Below are positions 40,675-50,743 of a stretch of 64,000 nt of DNA, one piece after another. The stretch covers positions 2,976,001 to 3,040,000 of the forward strand of contig CBDCTK010000002.1 of the NCBI GenBank assembly GCA_965222225.1. The letters are read 5' to 3'. Numbering within the stretch: position 1 is the first letter of the stretch; every line of letters starts with the position of its first letter. The notes beneath the pieces were generated by a model. It was not told where the DNA came from. It worked only from the letters and a program-made list of their open reading frames with translations, and did not search any database. Made by a program: the position numbers and the translations under genes. The DNA comes from Candidatus Poribacteria bacterium. GTDB lineage: Bacteria > Poribacteria > WGA-4E > JAJDTR01.

Positions 40675-41482
40675 TGAACGAGCATCTCATCTCATCAAAG
40701 GAAATGGCGCAGTTTGTGGCTGCCGGCTATCTGAAGTTCGAAGAGATGGTGCCGAAAGATTTGTCTGACGCATGTCTGGAGGACATGAAAAACCACCGCG
40801 GTTATCTTGAGGTGGGCACCCCGTTCGAGGAGACGTGGCCCACGGGTTCGCCACTCGGCGACGTGTTCCGGTTGCCGCAGGTCAAAGGGCTGATCCATTC
40901 GTTGGTCGGTCCAAATCCGCTTTATGACCACCACGCGGTGCATCTGCTGCGAGCGAACAAGATGACGGGACCTAACATGCACCAGGACTCGGTCATCGAT
41001 TTCCGTGAGAACTATTTCGACATCCAGTTGTCGTTCTTCCCGCACGACACGCCCGACGAGATGGGGGGACGTTCCTGATTCCGGGATCGCATTTCCGAAA
41101 CGTGCGCACGTTCGAGGTCAAATGCTACCAACAGGTGACCGGCAAAATTTGGGCGACGTGCCCCGCGGGGACGATGTATGTCTGGAACACGCGGGTTTGG
41201 CACGGCGCGCGCAGCAACTATACCGATCAGGATCGGTACATGTATAAGTTGCGGCTCAACCCGTCGCAACCCCAGGTTCGGAATTTCGATACATCGGATA
41301 TCGACGACCCGAAGATTGGAAGCATTCTCTCGAAGGGGCACGGCTGGGAAGGCAACGACATGCGATATGAGATCATGAAGCGCGTCCAGATGTGGCGGTA
41401 TGTCTCCGATCAGCCGGATTTCGATATCGGCGAGCGATTCATGCGTAGGATTGAGTACCAGCCGCAGCGGATGTCGGCGTAA
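40674..41482 (+). pseudogene. PhyH family dioxygenase, paralogue of 36141, frameshifted in a G6 run (41063-41068)
   Basis: Colinear with 36141-36950; one base is missing at atggggggac versus atgggcggtac. Confidence 0.85.
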
Positions 41483-41764
41483 GACAGTGGATAGTGGATC
41501 TCTATGGGAACTCTATCAAGATCTTCTATCGCCTTCGTTAGCCACTCAGTTGATCATTCGCTATTCGGTCCATTGATCGATAGAGATCCCTTCAACTGAC
41601 TGAATGGTTTTCTCGCTAAGAATGTATGATATAGGACTTACGCATGTTGGACTCTCAAAGCGAATACGAGTTCCGGAAGAAACCGAGTTTTCAAGAAAAA
41701 ACTCGGTTTCAATATGCTTTGATAGACATTAAATACTTTGAGAATGAACCACTGAACAAGGGGG

Positions 41765-43321
41765 GTGGTAGAAATCTCTCATAAAGAAATGCATCCCGGT
41801 AAACAGACCTTTATCGATGATTTCTTCATTGAATCAATGGTCGGCGCGCATCGCGTGCTTAACCCCGCGGAAAAGCTGACCGTCGACGAACCGTTGAACA
41901 TAATTACCCCGGGCCAACCGTGGGAGAGCGATGACGTCGAGGGCACCGTCGTGTGCGACGAAGTCAATCAGGTGTTACGGATTTACTACCACGGCGTGGA
42001 CTCGCGCGTATGCGTTCTGGAGTCGAAAGACGGAATACACTGGGAACGTCCGAACCTGGGCTTGGTCGAGTTTGACGGTTCCAAAGCCAACAACATCACG
42101 AACTGTCCATCCCATATAGGCGCCATCCTGTGCGATCCGCATGAAACCGACGAAGCGTATCGTTGGAAGCGGATTGAATTTACACCCCAAGGGGTTGGGG
42201 CCGACGGCGAGCGGGTGTGGTGCGCTTACTACTCGCACGACGGATACGATTGGAAACCCTATCCGGCGGGTACGCATAGCAATCAGACGCAGCTCTTCGC
42301 CTTCGGTTCACGGCGAGAGACCTTCGGGGGCGCAATTGATCCCGACGCGCCCTATGTGTGGTATTCGCAGCGGGGATCGAACCGACGGACCCGCGTTCTG
42401 GGCCGCCGCGACAGCCAAAATTACCTCAACTGGTCGGGGCTGCAAACGGTGATTGAGCAGGATCTGGACGACCCAATCGGTACGGAGTTCTACGGCGCCG
42501 GGTTTGACGCGTCGAACCGGACGGATGGCGGCTTGCATATCATCATGCTGAACACCTTCTTGACGGATATAACGGAACCTTACGCTATCGAGGATCCGGA
42601 GAATTACTGGGGTAAGGAGAAGGGACCCGACGTAATACCGGCGCGGATTGACGGGTTCGTGGACACACAGTTGGCGGCGAGCCGCGACACCGTGGCGTGG
42701 AAACGCTACCGCGAACCGTTTATCCCGCGCGGAAAACCCGGCGCATGGGATTGGGGAATGCTCTATGGCGGCGGGCCCATACCGCACGATGGAAAAATTC
42801 TGTTTTTCTACGACGGTTATGCCGAGACCCACAACGGTCGTTCGCCGAGACCCTATGTAAAGCGGTATTCGGAGGGAGTGCCAAAAGGAAAGGGACTTGC
42901 TTCCCTACGCCTTGACGGGTACGTCAGCGTGGAAGCGGTTTCCTACGCGCCCGGCATTTTGACCACGCACCGCTTCCGCCAAGAGTCGGGCGGTACGATC
43001 GGTGTGAATGTCGACGCTTCCGCGGGCGAGTTGCGGTACGAAGTCTTGGAGGACACGGGCGATCCTATCCCCGGCTTTACCGCTGCCGATTGCGACCCCA
43101 TTCGCACGGACACCGTAAACGGGGTGTTGTCGTGGAACGGCGTTTCCGGTTGGCCGGGCTTGAGCGAGGAGCGGCAGGGAAGGTATCCCAACTTGCAGAA
43201 GGAGGAGTTCTACATCAAGCTGCGGTTCTATATTTCTCCCGGCACCAAACTCTACTCGCTGACGCTAGACCCTCCCGAAGTCACCGTTTGGGGCGTCAAG
43301 GTGAAGGGGAGGATTGATTGA
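41765..43321 (+). CDS. GH32-like beta-propeller hypothetical hydrolase
   Basis: SKDGIHWERPNLG, LASLRLDGYVS and KLYS motifs. Confidence 0.7.
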   Translation: MVEISHKEMHPGKQTFIDDFFIESMVGAHRVLNPAEKLTVDEPLNIITPGQPWESDDVEGTVVCDEVNQVLRIYYHGVDSRVCVLESKDGIHWERPNLGLVEFDGSKANNITNCPSHIGAILCDPHETDEAYRWKRIEFTPQGVGADGERVWCAYYSHDGYDWKPYPAGTHSNQTQLFAFGSRRETFGGAIDPDAPYVWYSQRGSNRRTRVLGRRDSQNYLNWSGLQTVIEQDLDDPIGTEFYGAGFDASNRTDGGLHIIMLNTFLTDITEPYAIEDPENYWGKEKGPDVIPARIDGFVDTQLAASRDTVAWKRYREPFIPRGKPGAWDWGMLYGGGPIPHDGKILFFYDGYAETHNGRSPRPYVKRYSEGVPKGKGLASLRLDGYVSVEAVSYAPGILTTHRFRQESGGTIGVNVDASAGELRYEVLEDTGDPIPGFTAADCDPIRTDTVNGVLSWNGVSGWPGLSEERQGRYPNLQKEEFYIKLRFYISPGTKLYSLTLDPPEVTVWGVKVKGRID

Positions 43322-44118
43322 TCATGCAGGATCAAGCCACGTTGGTTTCCGACGAGGTGGGGGCGGAGATTGAGCCGTACCTGATACAACTGAGGCAGGA
43401 GGGGTGGTGCGTGATCGAAGGTGTCATCCCCGAATCCGAAATCGACTCCGTGCGTGAATATGTCGAGGCGTCCAGCGAGAAGGCGGTCGAAGCGTACACC
43501 AACCACACCATAAGCGTAATTGCCAACCTGCCGGCTTTCGCTCCCTACCTCGCCGATGCGCGGGTGTTGGGAATCGCCAGGACGATGTTCAATCACCCGC
43601 ATGTGCGAATCGCTCAAACCGAATTGAAGACTATCGCGCCGCACAACGGCGACGCGCTTACCCGCACTTACCATTCCGACTGGCCTCACGATATCCGAGA
43701 TTTATCGAAATCCGGGCATATCCACCAACCGTTCCCCGACATTGTGATGGCGGTTATCACGCTGTGGATGCTCTCGCCGTTTACGGAGGAGAACGGCGGC
43801 ACGTGGATTGTGCCGCGAAGCCATCGGGACACGCGAAACCCGCGGGGGAACGACGGCATCGATCAGAACAAACCGATTCCGAACGAAATGCAGGTGACGG
43901 GCAGCGCCGGCAGCGTGCTGATGACGGATAGCCGCATTTGGCATACCGCCACGTCGAATCTGAGCGAGGAGCCGCGGACGGCGGTGCTGGCGCGCTATAT
44001 ACCTTGGTGGGTCAGTGTGGAGATGGGGAAGCGTAATCGGGCGACGGTGCCGGCGGAGGTGTTTGCCACTTTCCCAGAGGATGTGAAGCCGTTGTATCGG
44101 CATCGGGTGACGGAGTAG
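43318..44118 (+). CDS. PhyH family dioxygenase
   Basis: GWCVIEG, HSD, NGGTWIVPRSH and WHT motifs. Confidence 0.87.
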   Translation: MIMQDQATLVSDEVGAEIEPYLIQLRQEGWCVIEGVIPESEIDSVREYVEASSEKAVEAYTNHTISVIANLPAFAPYLADARVLGIARTMFNHPHVRIAQTELKTIAPHNGDALTRTYHSDWPHDIRDLSKSGHIHQPFPDIVMAVITLWMLSPFTEENGGTWIVPRSHRDTRNPRGNDGIDQNKPIPNEMQVTGSAGSVLMTDSRIWHTATSNLSEEPRTAVLARYIPWWVSVEMGKRNRATVPAEVFATFPEDVKPLYRHRVTE

Positions 44119-44276
44119 TGGTTATTGTCTGAATGAGATCTCTATCAAGATCTTCTATCGCCTTCGTTAGCCACTCAGTTGATCGGATTTTAGGGATCTC
44201 TACGCACTCGCTATTCACTCGCTTGAGGGGATTACTATCGCACTCCTTATCCAGTCGCTTGATCCCAATCTACGGG

Positions 44277-46232
44277 TTACTGCGTAAGACCTAATTCGGA
44301 TAAGGCGCTGGGGCTGAAGCCACCGCGGATAAGCGCATCCCAACTATGGACCGGTGAGGCTTTGAGTATCTTCATGAGGTGCGCCCGCAGGTCTTGGATG
44401 AGCAGCGACGCGGCCTCACCCGGAGGCTGTAGATTGGCGAGGCGGGTCAATGCGTCGGAAGCGAACCCGACACAGACGGCGTTCTGATCGTCTTGCACGA
44501 CGGCTTTCAGCGCACGTATCGTCGGCTCGAGTGCATCACCCATAATCGCAGCGCCGTGTGAGCAGAGCATGGCGAGGGACCACAGGACGTTTTCACGGAC
44601 TGCGGAACGTACCAGCTCAAAACGCTCATAATCGGATTGTATTGGGCCGCCCTCACACACATCGCATTCCTCCGTCGGGCGTGCAAACTTGATGCCCGGA
44701 TTTTGCGCCCGGTTCATACACAGCCGATTCTCCTCGCGCTCCAAGCTCACCGCCAGCGCCTCAAGGCAAGCGGGAATCAGTGATTTGCCGATGCCCGCAG
44801 CGATGGCGCGGCGCCCCAAACACCCCAAACTTCCAGCGGCAACGGAACGGACATAGACCGACGGATCGTCCTCCAGACAGGTTACAACAGTTTTCAAAAC
44901 CTCATCGTTGAGCGGGCTGGCATCGCCCAGACCGAATACACCCGCCTTCCGAACCCATTTGAGCGGCGATGTTGCCGCCTCAAGAAGGACGCCTGTAGCG
45001 TCAGATCCAACAGCAACCAGCCCGTATGTAGCGGCTCGCCTTACGCTCTCCCGCTCGTCATACAAGGCATCGGCAAGCAGCTTTATAGCCAGCTTGTTGT
45101 CACCAATGGAAGCAAGTTTGTACGCGGCTCCGATTCGCGCGGGCTCCGCTTCGTCGTGTTTGGAGTAAAGCTGCTCGGATAATCGGGATGCCTCTTTTTC
45201 CCGATTTTCAGCCGTCAAGGCGGCGGCATCAGATCGCGGCGGAGGCGACTGACCGGTGCGCAGCCAGTGATAATGATGCTGCCAGACCAGCGTTATGTCA
45301 TCGCCGGCTTGAGCCATATCGGTGCGGGTCAGCGGATCCACGCCGAGCCGCGTCCAATCGACTTCGGGCGGCGAGTCGTTCCTACAGCTAGAGGTAGGCT
45401 CGGTGGTGCGGTACAGCCAGAAGCGCCACATGAAGCGCGGTTTATCGTTCCACGCACGCCAATCGTCGCGCCTGTGATTCGCTCGATGAAAGATGTTGTG
45501 AGAACACAGAATGACGGTGCCGGCGCGAAGCGGAGCCACTTCGAACTGCCGTACAAGGGGCCAATTTAGGTCGGCAAGCGCTTGTTTTATCCGGATGTCG
45601 TGCGCCGTGCGGCGGTGGATGATGTCGTCTTCGTCGTACAGGGAGTCGGGGCCACTGACAGGTTGCTTTCCCATGTTTTCGATTATGTAGTTAAAATCGA
45701 GATGGTCCGACCCCGCGAAATTGTCCTGATTCTCTTCGTGATTGAGCGTCCAGTAGTGTGAATAGGGGGCGATTGCCGTTGGTCCCATGTCTTCAGTAAC
45801 CGACTGCGGGTAGTACAGTATCTCAATTTGCACGGCGTGGTGGTGGCGCTGTTTTCTGCCGTTCGCGGGGCTGTTGTCGTCCTTGTGCCAAATCTGATCC
45901 CTGCCGTTACTGGCTATGGACACGGCGGTAAACGGAACGATCGCCCAGTTCTCGCCGACGAGTTGGTTGCACGCGCCGACGACGCCGGGTGCGTTGATTA
46001 CCTTCAATACTTCGGGAACTTGGGAAAGCGCGGCTCGATTCGGGGGTTCGGTTACCCGTTTTTGGCGCTCATAGATTCGGTCGTGGATGTGGAGCGGAAT
46101 CCCGAGGCCTTCCGGCGCGAGGACAACCAGCCCTCTGCTGGCGAAGTCTTGAATCAGTCGATCGGGAGTGGTGTATGCCAGTGGATTTGAGTCAGGGGGA
46201 TAAGATGAATCGGCTGTTTTATCGTTGCTCAA
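44277..46232 (-). CDS. PhyH dioxygenase fused to HEAT repeats
   Basis: WHKD, MGPTAIAPYSH and FHR motifs; C-terminal VRRAATYGL, VRKAGVFGLG and VRSVAAGSLG repeats. Confidence 0.82.
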   Translation of the reverse strand: MSNDKTADSSYPPDSNPLAYTTPDRLIQDFASRGLVVLAPEGLGIPLHIHDRIYERQKRVTEPPNRAALSQVPEVLKVINAPGVVGACNQLVGENWAIVPFTAVSIASNGRDQIWHKDDNSPANGRKQRHHHAVQIEILYYPQSVTEDMGPTAIAPYSHYWTLNHEENQDNFAGSDHLDFNYIIENMGKQPVSGPDSLYDEDDIIHRRTAHDIRIKQALADLNWPLVRQFEVAPLRAGTVILCSHNIFHRANHRRDDWRAWNDKPRFMWRFWLYRTTEPTSSCRNDSPPEVDWTRLGVDPLTRTDMAQAGDDITLVWQHHYHWLRTGQSPPPRSDAAALTAENREKEASRLSEQLYSKHDEAEPARIGAAYKLASIGDNKLAIKLLADALYDERESVRRAATYGLVAVGSDATGVLLEAATSPLKWVRKAGVFGLGDASPLNDEVLKTVVTCLEDDPSVYVRSVAAGSLGCLGRRAIAAGIGKSLIPACLEALAVSLEREENRLCMNRAQNPGIKFARPTEECDVCEGGPIQSDYERFELVRSAVRENVLWSLAMLCSHGAAIMGDALEPTIRALKAVVQDDQNAVCVGFASDALTRLANLQPPGEAASLLIQDLRAHLMKILKASPVHSWDALIRGGFSPSALSELGLTQ

Positions 46233-46715
46233 TGGGTTTGTCCTTCGTTTTTGTGCGGGTTACGGCATAAGGAGTATGCCTACTACATTCAGTCGGTTGA
46301 GGGATTTACTATCGCACTCGCTATCCGCTCGCTCGATCCTTTTTGTTTCATGTGCCAAGCAACGGCGAAGATACCGCTAGGCTTGCCGATTTTACCACTG
46401 TTTTCGGTTCCTTGATATCTGATGTACATTTTTGTTTTGAAGCCCAGCCCCACAGATTGAGAAGAAGTGGTTCCGGAGCAAGCCGAGTCTTCCTTACGCC
46501 GAGGGTTCAGTTTGGTTGTTTCTTTTGGTAGACAGTATAGCACGCTCGGGCACAAGGAGCAAGAACGGGAGGAAGCAGTGGTCAGTGACCAGTGACTGGC
46601 GATCAGTGAAGAAGGTGGGCTGATGGGAATGGAGGAAGGATAGAAGGGCGGAAGAGTGGAAGGATGGAAGAAAATCAGTGGTCAGTGGCGAGAGGGGAAG
46701 TGCGGGTAACTGTCT

Positions 46716-47272
46716 GAATGGGATCTCTATCGGGATTTGCTATCGCGCTCATTATTCATTCGCTTGATCGGATTAAGGGATTTCTATCGCACTATAGTCA
46801 TTTGCATTTATATTTACACCTACTGCGGTATACAGGCAAGTGAACGACTAGTCGGACGCGAGATGAAAAGAACGGAAATGTTCGATTTACGACTGAAGAT
46901 TGTTACAACAAACCCACTGTAGGAGATCAAGCGAACGAATAGTGAGTGCGATAGAGATCTTCTCGAGGTCGCGACTTCTTATCGCGAGCAGAGCTCGCTC
47001 CTACAGGAGACGCACAATAAAGGGATTTCTATCGCACTCGTTATCCACTCGTTTGAGGGATTTCTATCGCGTTCGCTATTCACTCACTTGATCGCTCATT
47101 ATTCAGTCGCTTGATCGGTCGCATGGTAGTTCAATCCAATCTACGTATCATCAGCCAGTGTTTGCGATTCGAGGTGCTTTGTGATACAATTTCGCATTGC
47201 GGAAAGCGGGTAGTCGGGAGTTGGAGAGGATTCCTATGGGAGCTCTACCCAAACATTATCCATTCGCTTGAT
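46716..47272. repeat. Largest cluster of the mosaic intergenic repeat family (gggatttctatcgc / ttatccactcg / cttgatc modules)
   Basis: The same modules recur in more than a dozen intergenic regions, in both orientations. Confidence 0.8.
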
Positions 47273-47437
47273 TGTCATCGCACCGTACAGACTCCTACAA
47301 CACTCAACTATTGGCGTTTGGAAGGGAGAAACCGAGTTTTGAGGAAAAAACTCGGTTTCGTCGAGATCGGGAAAGCGAAATTAGTCCCGAATCTGTCCAC
47401 AAGAAAACACTTCCGCGGTTCACAATACCATGTTTTT

Positions 47438-50400
47438 ATGAAATACGTCTTAACTCACCGTCCACCATTGATTGCTCGTCTTCTCCTATGGGCGCTCCTT
47501 CTCGTCCAGCTCCCGTGGATCGCGAGCGCGTCCGATCCGGCTGGGGAGTTCGATCCACAAACTAAAATCACCGAAATCAAGTTCTTCATTGACGGAAAAC
47601 TGCTTGAAGAATCGCCGCGCTTGAAACAGTTGCGGCAAATTTGCGAGATTTCAGCCGGCGAGCCGTTTTCTGCTTACGCCGTTAGCCGAAGCATCAAAGC
47701 AATCTACGCCACGGGCGAGTTTTCCCAAGTTGAAGTCATCAGGCAAAAGGTTTCCGGCGGGGTTGTCTTGAAATTCCAGCTAACCGAAAAGATCCTTATC
47801 AAGCGTATTAAGTTCACGGGAATCCGCTTGGCGGACGAGATGATTCGCAAGGTCATGAAATCTCGCGAGGGCGGCGAATACGTCAAGGAGGTAGCGCAGG
47901 GCGATAGACAACGTATACAAGACCTCTACCAAGACCAAGGGTATTTTCGAGCTCAGGTGCGCTTTTCCGCGCCTACACCTTCACAGATTAAGGGGTCGGT
48001 CACGTTGACTTATGTCGTGAAAGAGGGGAATCAGTCGATAATTCGAGAAATAGAGTTCAGCGGAAATTTCTCGCTGCCTGCCAAGCAGCTAAAACGAGCG
48101 CTAAAAAGCAAGGTGGGGGAACCGTACGACAAAGGGCAAGTGGAACGCGACAGCCAGAGCTTGATGGCACTCTATCGGCGCGAAGGATTTTTGAGCGTCC
48201 GCATTCGCCCGGAGCCGCGCACGGAAGCTGTTGAGCTATTCCTCACCTTCAACATCGTCGAAGGGAAGAAGGTCACCGTAAAGGGTATCAACGACGACGA
48301 ACTGCTTAAACGGATGGGTTTGTTCAAGCAGGATAGTTACTCTCATGCGATTCTTGAAGGCAACAAAGCACAGATCCGGCAGTTCTATCGTCAGAAGGGA
48401 TACTATGCCCCCAACGTCGCCTATCGGATTGAAAAGGACACGGAGCACGAGGTGGTTATCCAGTTCGATATTGATTTGGGTTTGGCGCCGCGGATTGGTC
48501 AAATCACTTTCGAAGGGAACAACGAATTTCAGAGCGCGGCTCTACTCGAAACGATGAAGACTCAGCCTCGCAGCCGGTGGACACTCCCCGGACTGAGATT
48601 GTTCTTTTCCAAAGGCATCTTCGATTCGCTCGTGTTCGAGACAGATATCCGCGCGTTGGAACTGCTGTATCGAAAGGCGGGGTATCCCGACGTGCAGGTG
48701 GATGTCCGGGAAGAGATTGACGCGGAGAACCAGCGCCTCAACCTGCATATCGTCGTCAACGAAGGGAAACAGCAGGTCATTCGGCAGGTTACAGTGGCAG
48801 GGAACCGAATATTCAAAACAGAGGAGTTACTGTCCCAGCTCGATGCCGCACCGGGCAAGCCCTACAGCAAGAAGGGCATCGTTGTCGACGACCACTATAA
48901 GCTGCTGTCGCTCTACGATCAGGAGGGTTACATCTATGCCAGTGTAAAACCGGAATATAACGCGCATCTGTTCCGAACCAACTTACAGCGCCCAGACGAC
49001 TGGGAGAATCTTGAGAATCGATTGCCGAGACAAGTATCCATCCGTGCACCGGAGGGTTTCCGCAAGTTGCTTGAAGGGGAATCGATTGGGGATCGGGAAG
49101 CCGCCAAGCATCCCCTACGCTTGTCTCCGAATGTGTTCATTGAAAAACAGGAGCGCGGCTGGCTGATGACCGATCAAGACGCCGAACGCAGCTATATCGT
49201 CGAAAGGGATGGGGACACGCTTAATGTCTACGAGATTGGTCTGCTAAGATACAATATTACCGAAGGAGAGCGGGTTTCATTCGGGGAGTTTAGTTTTTCC
49301 GGAGGCCCGGATACGGGATTCCTCGGCGACAATCGGTCCCTATCTTCCGGAGGAGAAATCGGTGATTTGGCAGTCTCCGATCCTTCGAGGGACACCACGC
49401 TCGGGATTCGGGAGCATGTGTTACGGCGGGAATTCGAAAGTCTAGGTTTGCGTGAAGGCGCCGTGTTTAACCCTGATAAGCTCCGCGAAGTGCAACAACG
49501 TCTAGCCAGGCTGGGTATTTTCAGGCACGTTGCGATAGACACCCCGGAGAGGTTTGACGGTAAAGAGGTGCTTGACGTCAATGTGCGTGCCGAGTTGAGA
49601 CAGCCAGGTTCCATCAGCGTTCGGGGCGGCTACAGCCCATCGGAAGGCATTCGGGGCACTCTCGCGGTGCTACATAGCAATTTGTACCAACGGAACATGA
49701 GGGCGGGAGCGAAGCTGAGCGCGGGTACACGAGGCAACCTATATGAACTTACCCTCATCGAGCCTTGGCTCATCGGTCCCGCGATGGGAACGCTGCGGAT
49801 ATTCGAGGATAACTTGGAGGAACAGGACAATACACGGGCGCGGGGCGCCACCGCGAATTTGGCGAGGCGGCTAAGTCTTTACAGCAACGTCGCAGTGCAG
49901 TACAAATACCAGGAGTTGCGGCAGCGAATCGAGCCTATGCAGGAGCCGGAATCTTCAAAGCCGGTTTTACCCATGGAGAGGCATACGACCGTTAGCAGCT
50001 TGGGGTTGTCACTTCACCGTGACAACCGGGAACCGTTTCTAAATCCGAGTAACGGCTGGTTGAACGAATTTGCCGTGGAATACGCGGGCGGGTTTATCGG
50101 CGGGGAAACGAGCTTCTTCAAACTTACGGGAGACAATCGATACTATTCGCGGCTTGGGGACCTGGTGCTTGTCAATGCGCTGCGGCTTGGTTATGCGAGA
50201 GGATTACGCTCGAACCGCGAGCGCGAGATTGTCTCCTTCGAGCGATTCCGGGCGGGCGGGTCAACGACGGTTAGAGGGTACAGAGACCGCTCCTTGGGTC
50301 CTCTCGATGACGAATTGTCGAACACCCATCGAGGCGATGTGCTTTTCATTTATAACATCGAGTTGCGGTTTCCTCTATACAATCTCGTCGGAGGAGCGCT

Positions 50401-50584
50401 GTTCTTCGACACCGGGAATGTGTGGGATAACTTCGGCGCAATCGATACTGATCCGTTGCATTCCGCAATCGGAGTGGGGGTGCGGGTCGATACGCCGTTG
50501 GGGCCGCTGCGTTTTGATTACGGCGTTCCCCTTGTCAGTGGCGAATCGCCGCAGATTAATTTCGGGTTGGGGCAGGCGTTTTGA
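47438..50584 (+). CDS. bamA: Omp85/BamA family outer membrane assembly factor with about 7 POTRA domains
   Basis: Repeated I-x-F-x-GN...Y-x-x-x-GY POTRA units; GGSTTVRGY; TPLGPLRFDYG; terminal GQAF. The 47111 start in the ORF track runs through repeat DNA. Confidence 0.85.
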   Translation: MKYVLTHRPPLIARLLLWALLLVQLPWIASASDPAGEFDPQTKITEIKFFIDGKLLEESPRLKQLRQICEISAGEPFSAYAVSRSIKAIYATGEFSQVEVIRQKVSGGVVLKFQLTEKILIKRIKFTGIRLADEMIRKVMKSREGGEYVKEVAQGDRQRIQDLYQDQGYFRAQVRFSAPTPSQIKGSVTLTYVVKEGNQSIIREIEFSGNFSLPAKQLKRALKSKVGEPYDKGQVERDSQSLMALYRREGFLSVRIRPEPRTEAVELFLTFNIVEGKKVTVKGINDDELLKRMGLFKQDSYSHAILEGNKAQIRQFYRQKGYYAPNVAYRIEKDTEHEVVIQFDIDLGLAPRIGQITFEGNNEFQSAALLETMKTQPRSRWTLPGLRLFFSKGIFDSLVFETDIRALELLYRKAGYPDVQVDVREEIDAENQRLNLHIVVNEGKQQVIRQVTVAGNRIFKTEELLSQLDAAPGKPYSKKGIVVDDHYKLLSLYDQEGYIYASVKPEYNAHLFRTNLQRPDDWENLENRLPRQVSIRAPEGFRKLLEGESIGDREAAKHPLRLSPNVFIEKQERGWLMTDQDAERSYIVERDGDTLNVYEIGLLRYNITEGERVSFGEFSFSGGPDTGFLGDNRSLSSGGEIGDLAVSDPSRDTTLGIREHVLRREFESLGLREGAVFNPDKLREVQQRLARLGIFRHVAIDTPERFDGKEVLDVNVRAELRQPGSISVRGGYSPSEGIRGTLAVLHSNLYQRNMRAGAKLSAGTRGNLYELTLIEPWLIGPAMGTLRIFEDNLEEQDNTRARGATANLARRLSLYSNVAVQYKYQELRQRIEPMQEPESSKPVLPMERHTTVSSLGLSLHRDNREPFLNPSNGWLNEFAVEYAGGFIGGETSFFKLTGDNRYYSRLGDLVLVNALRLGYARGLRSNREREIVSFERFRAGGSTTVRGYRDRSLGPLDDELSNTHRGDVLFIYNIELRFPLYNLVGGALFFDTGNVWDNFGAIDTDPLHSAIGVGVRVDTPLGPLRFDYGVPLVSGESPQINFGLGQAF

Positions 50585-50743
50585 GGCTGTTTATGCCTAA
50601 GCGGGTATTGCTGAAAATGGGATTGGTTGAGGCAGATTTGAGACCTGTAGCGGAATTCCTGGGCTTGAATTGCCAGATACGGGGCGGAGCGCTGCGGCGA
50701 GTAAACCATTCTGCGGATGGAATCCAAGGAAGGAGAAAACTCG

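Noticed and set aside
8349-41482. Diversity-generating retroelement behind the duplicated genes
   Set aside because: No reverse transcriptase in the window, and the differences are not confined to adenines
46566-46690. cagtg(g/a) and ggaag simple repeats as a functional array
   Set aside because: Low-complexity purine-rich tracts also seen at 6018, 13332 and 35613, with no further structure
46716-47272. Possible CRISPR array
   Set aside because: The repeats are degenerate, vary in period and orientation, and lack unique spacers; no cas genes in the window
47111-47437. 109-aa N-terminal extension of BamA in the ORF track
   Set aside because: It translates intergenic repeat DNA; the signal peptide begins at 47438
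50584-50743. Riboswitch or ncRNA between bamA and mscS
   Set aside because: No recognisable aptamer consensus or terminator by eye
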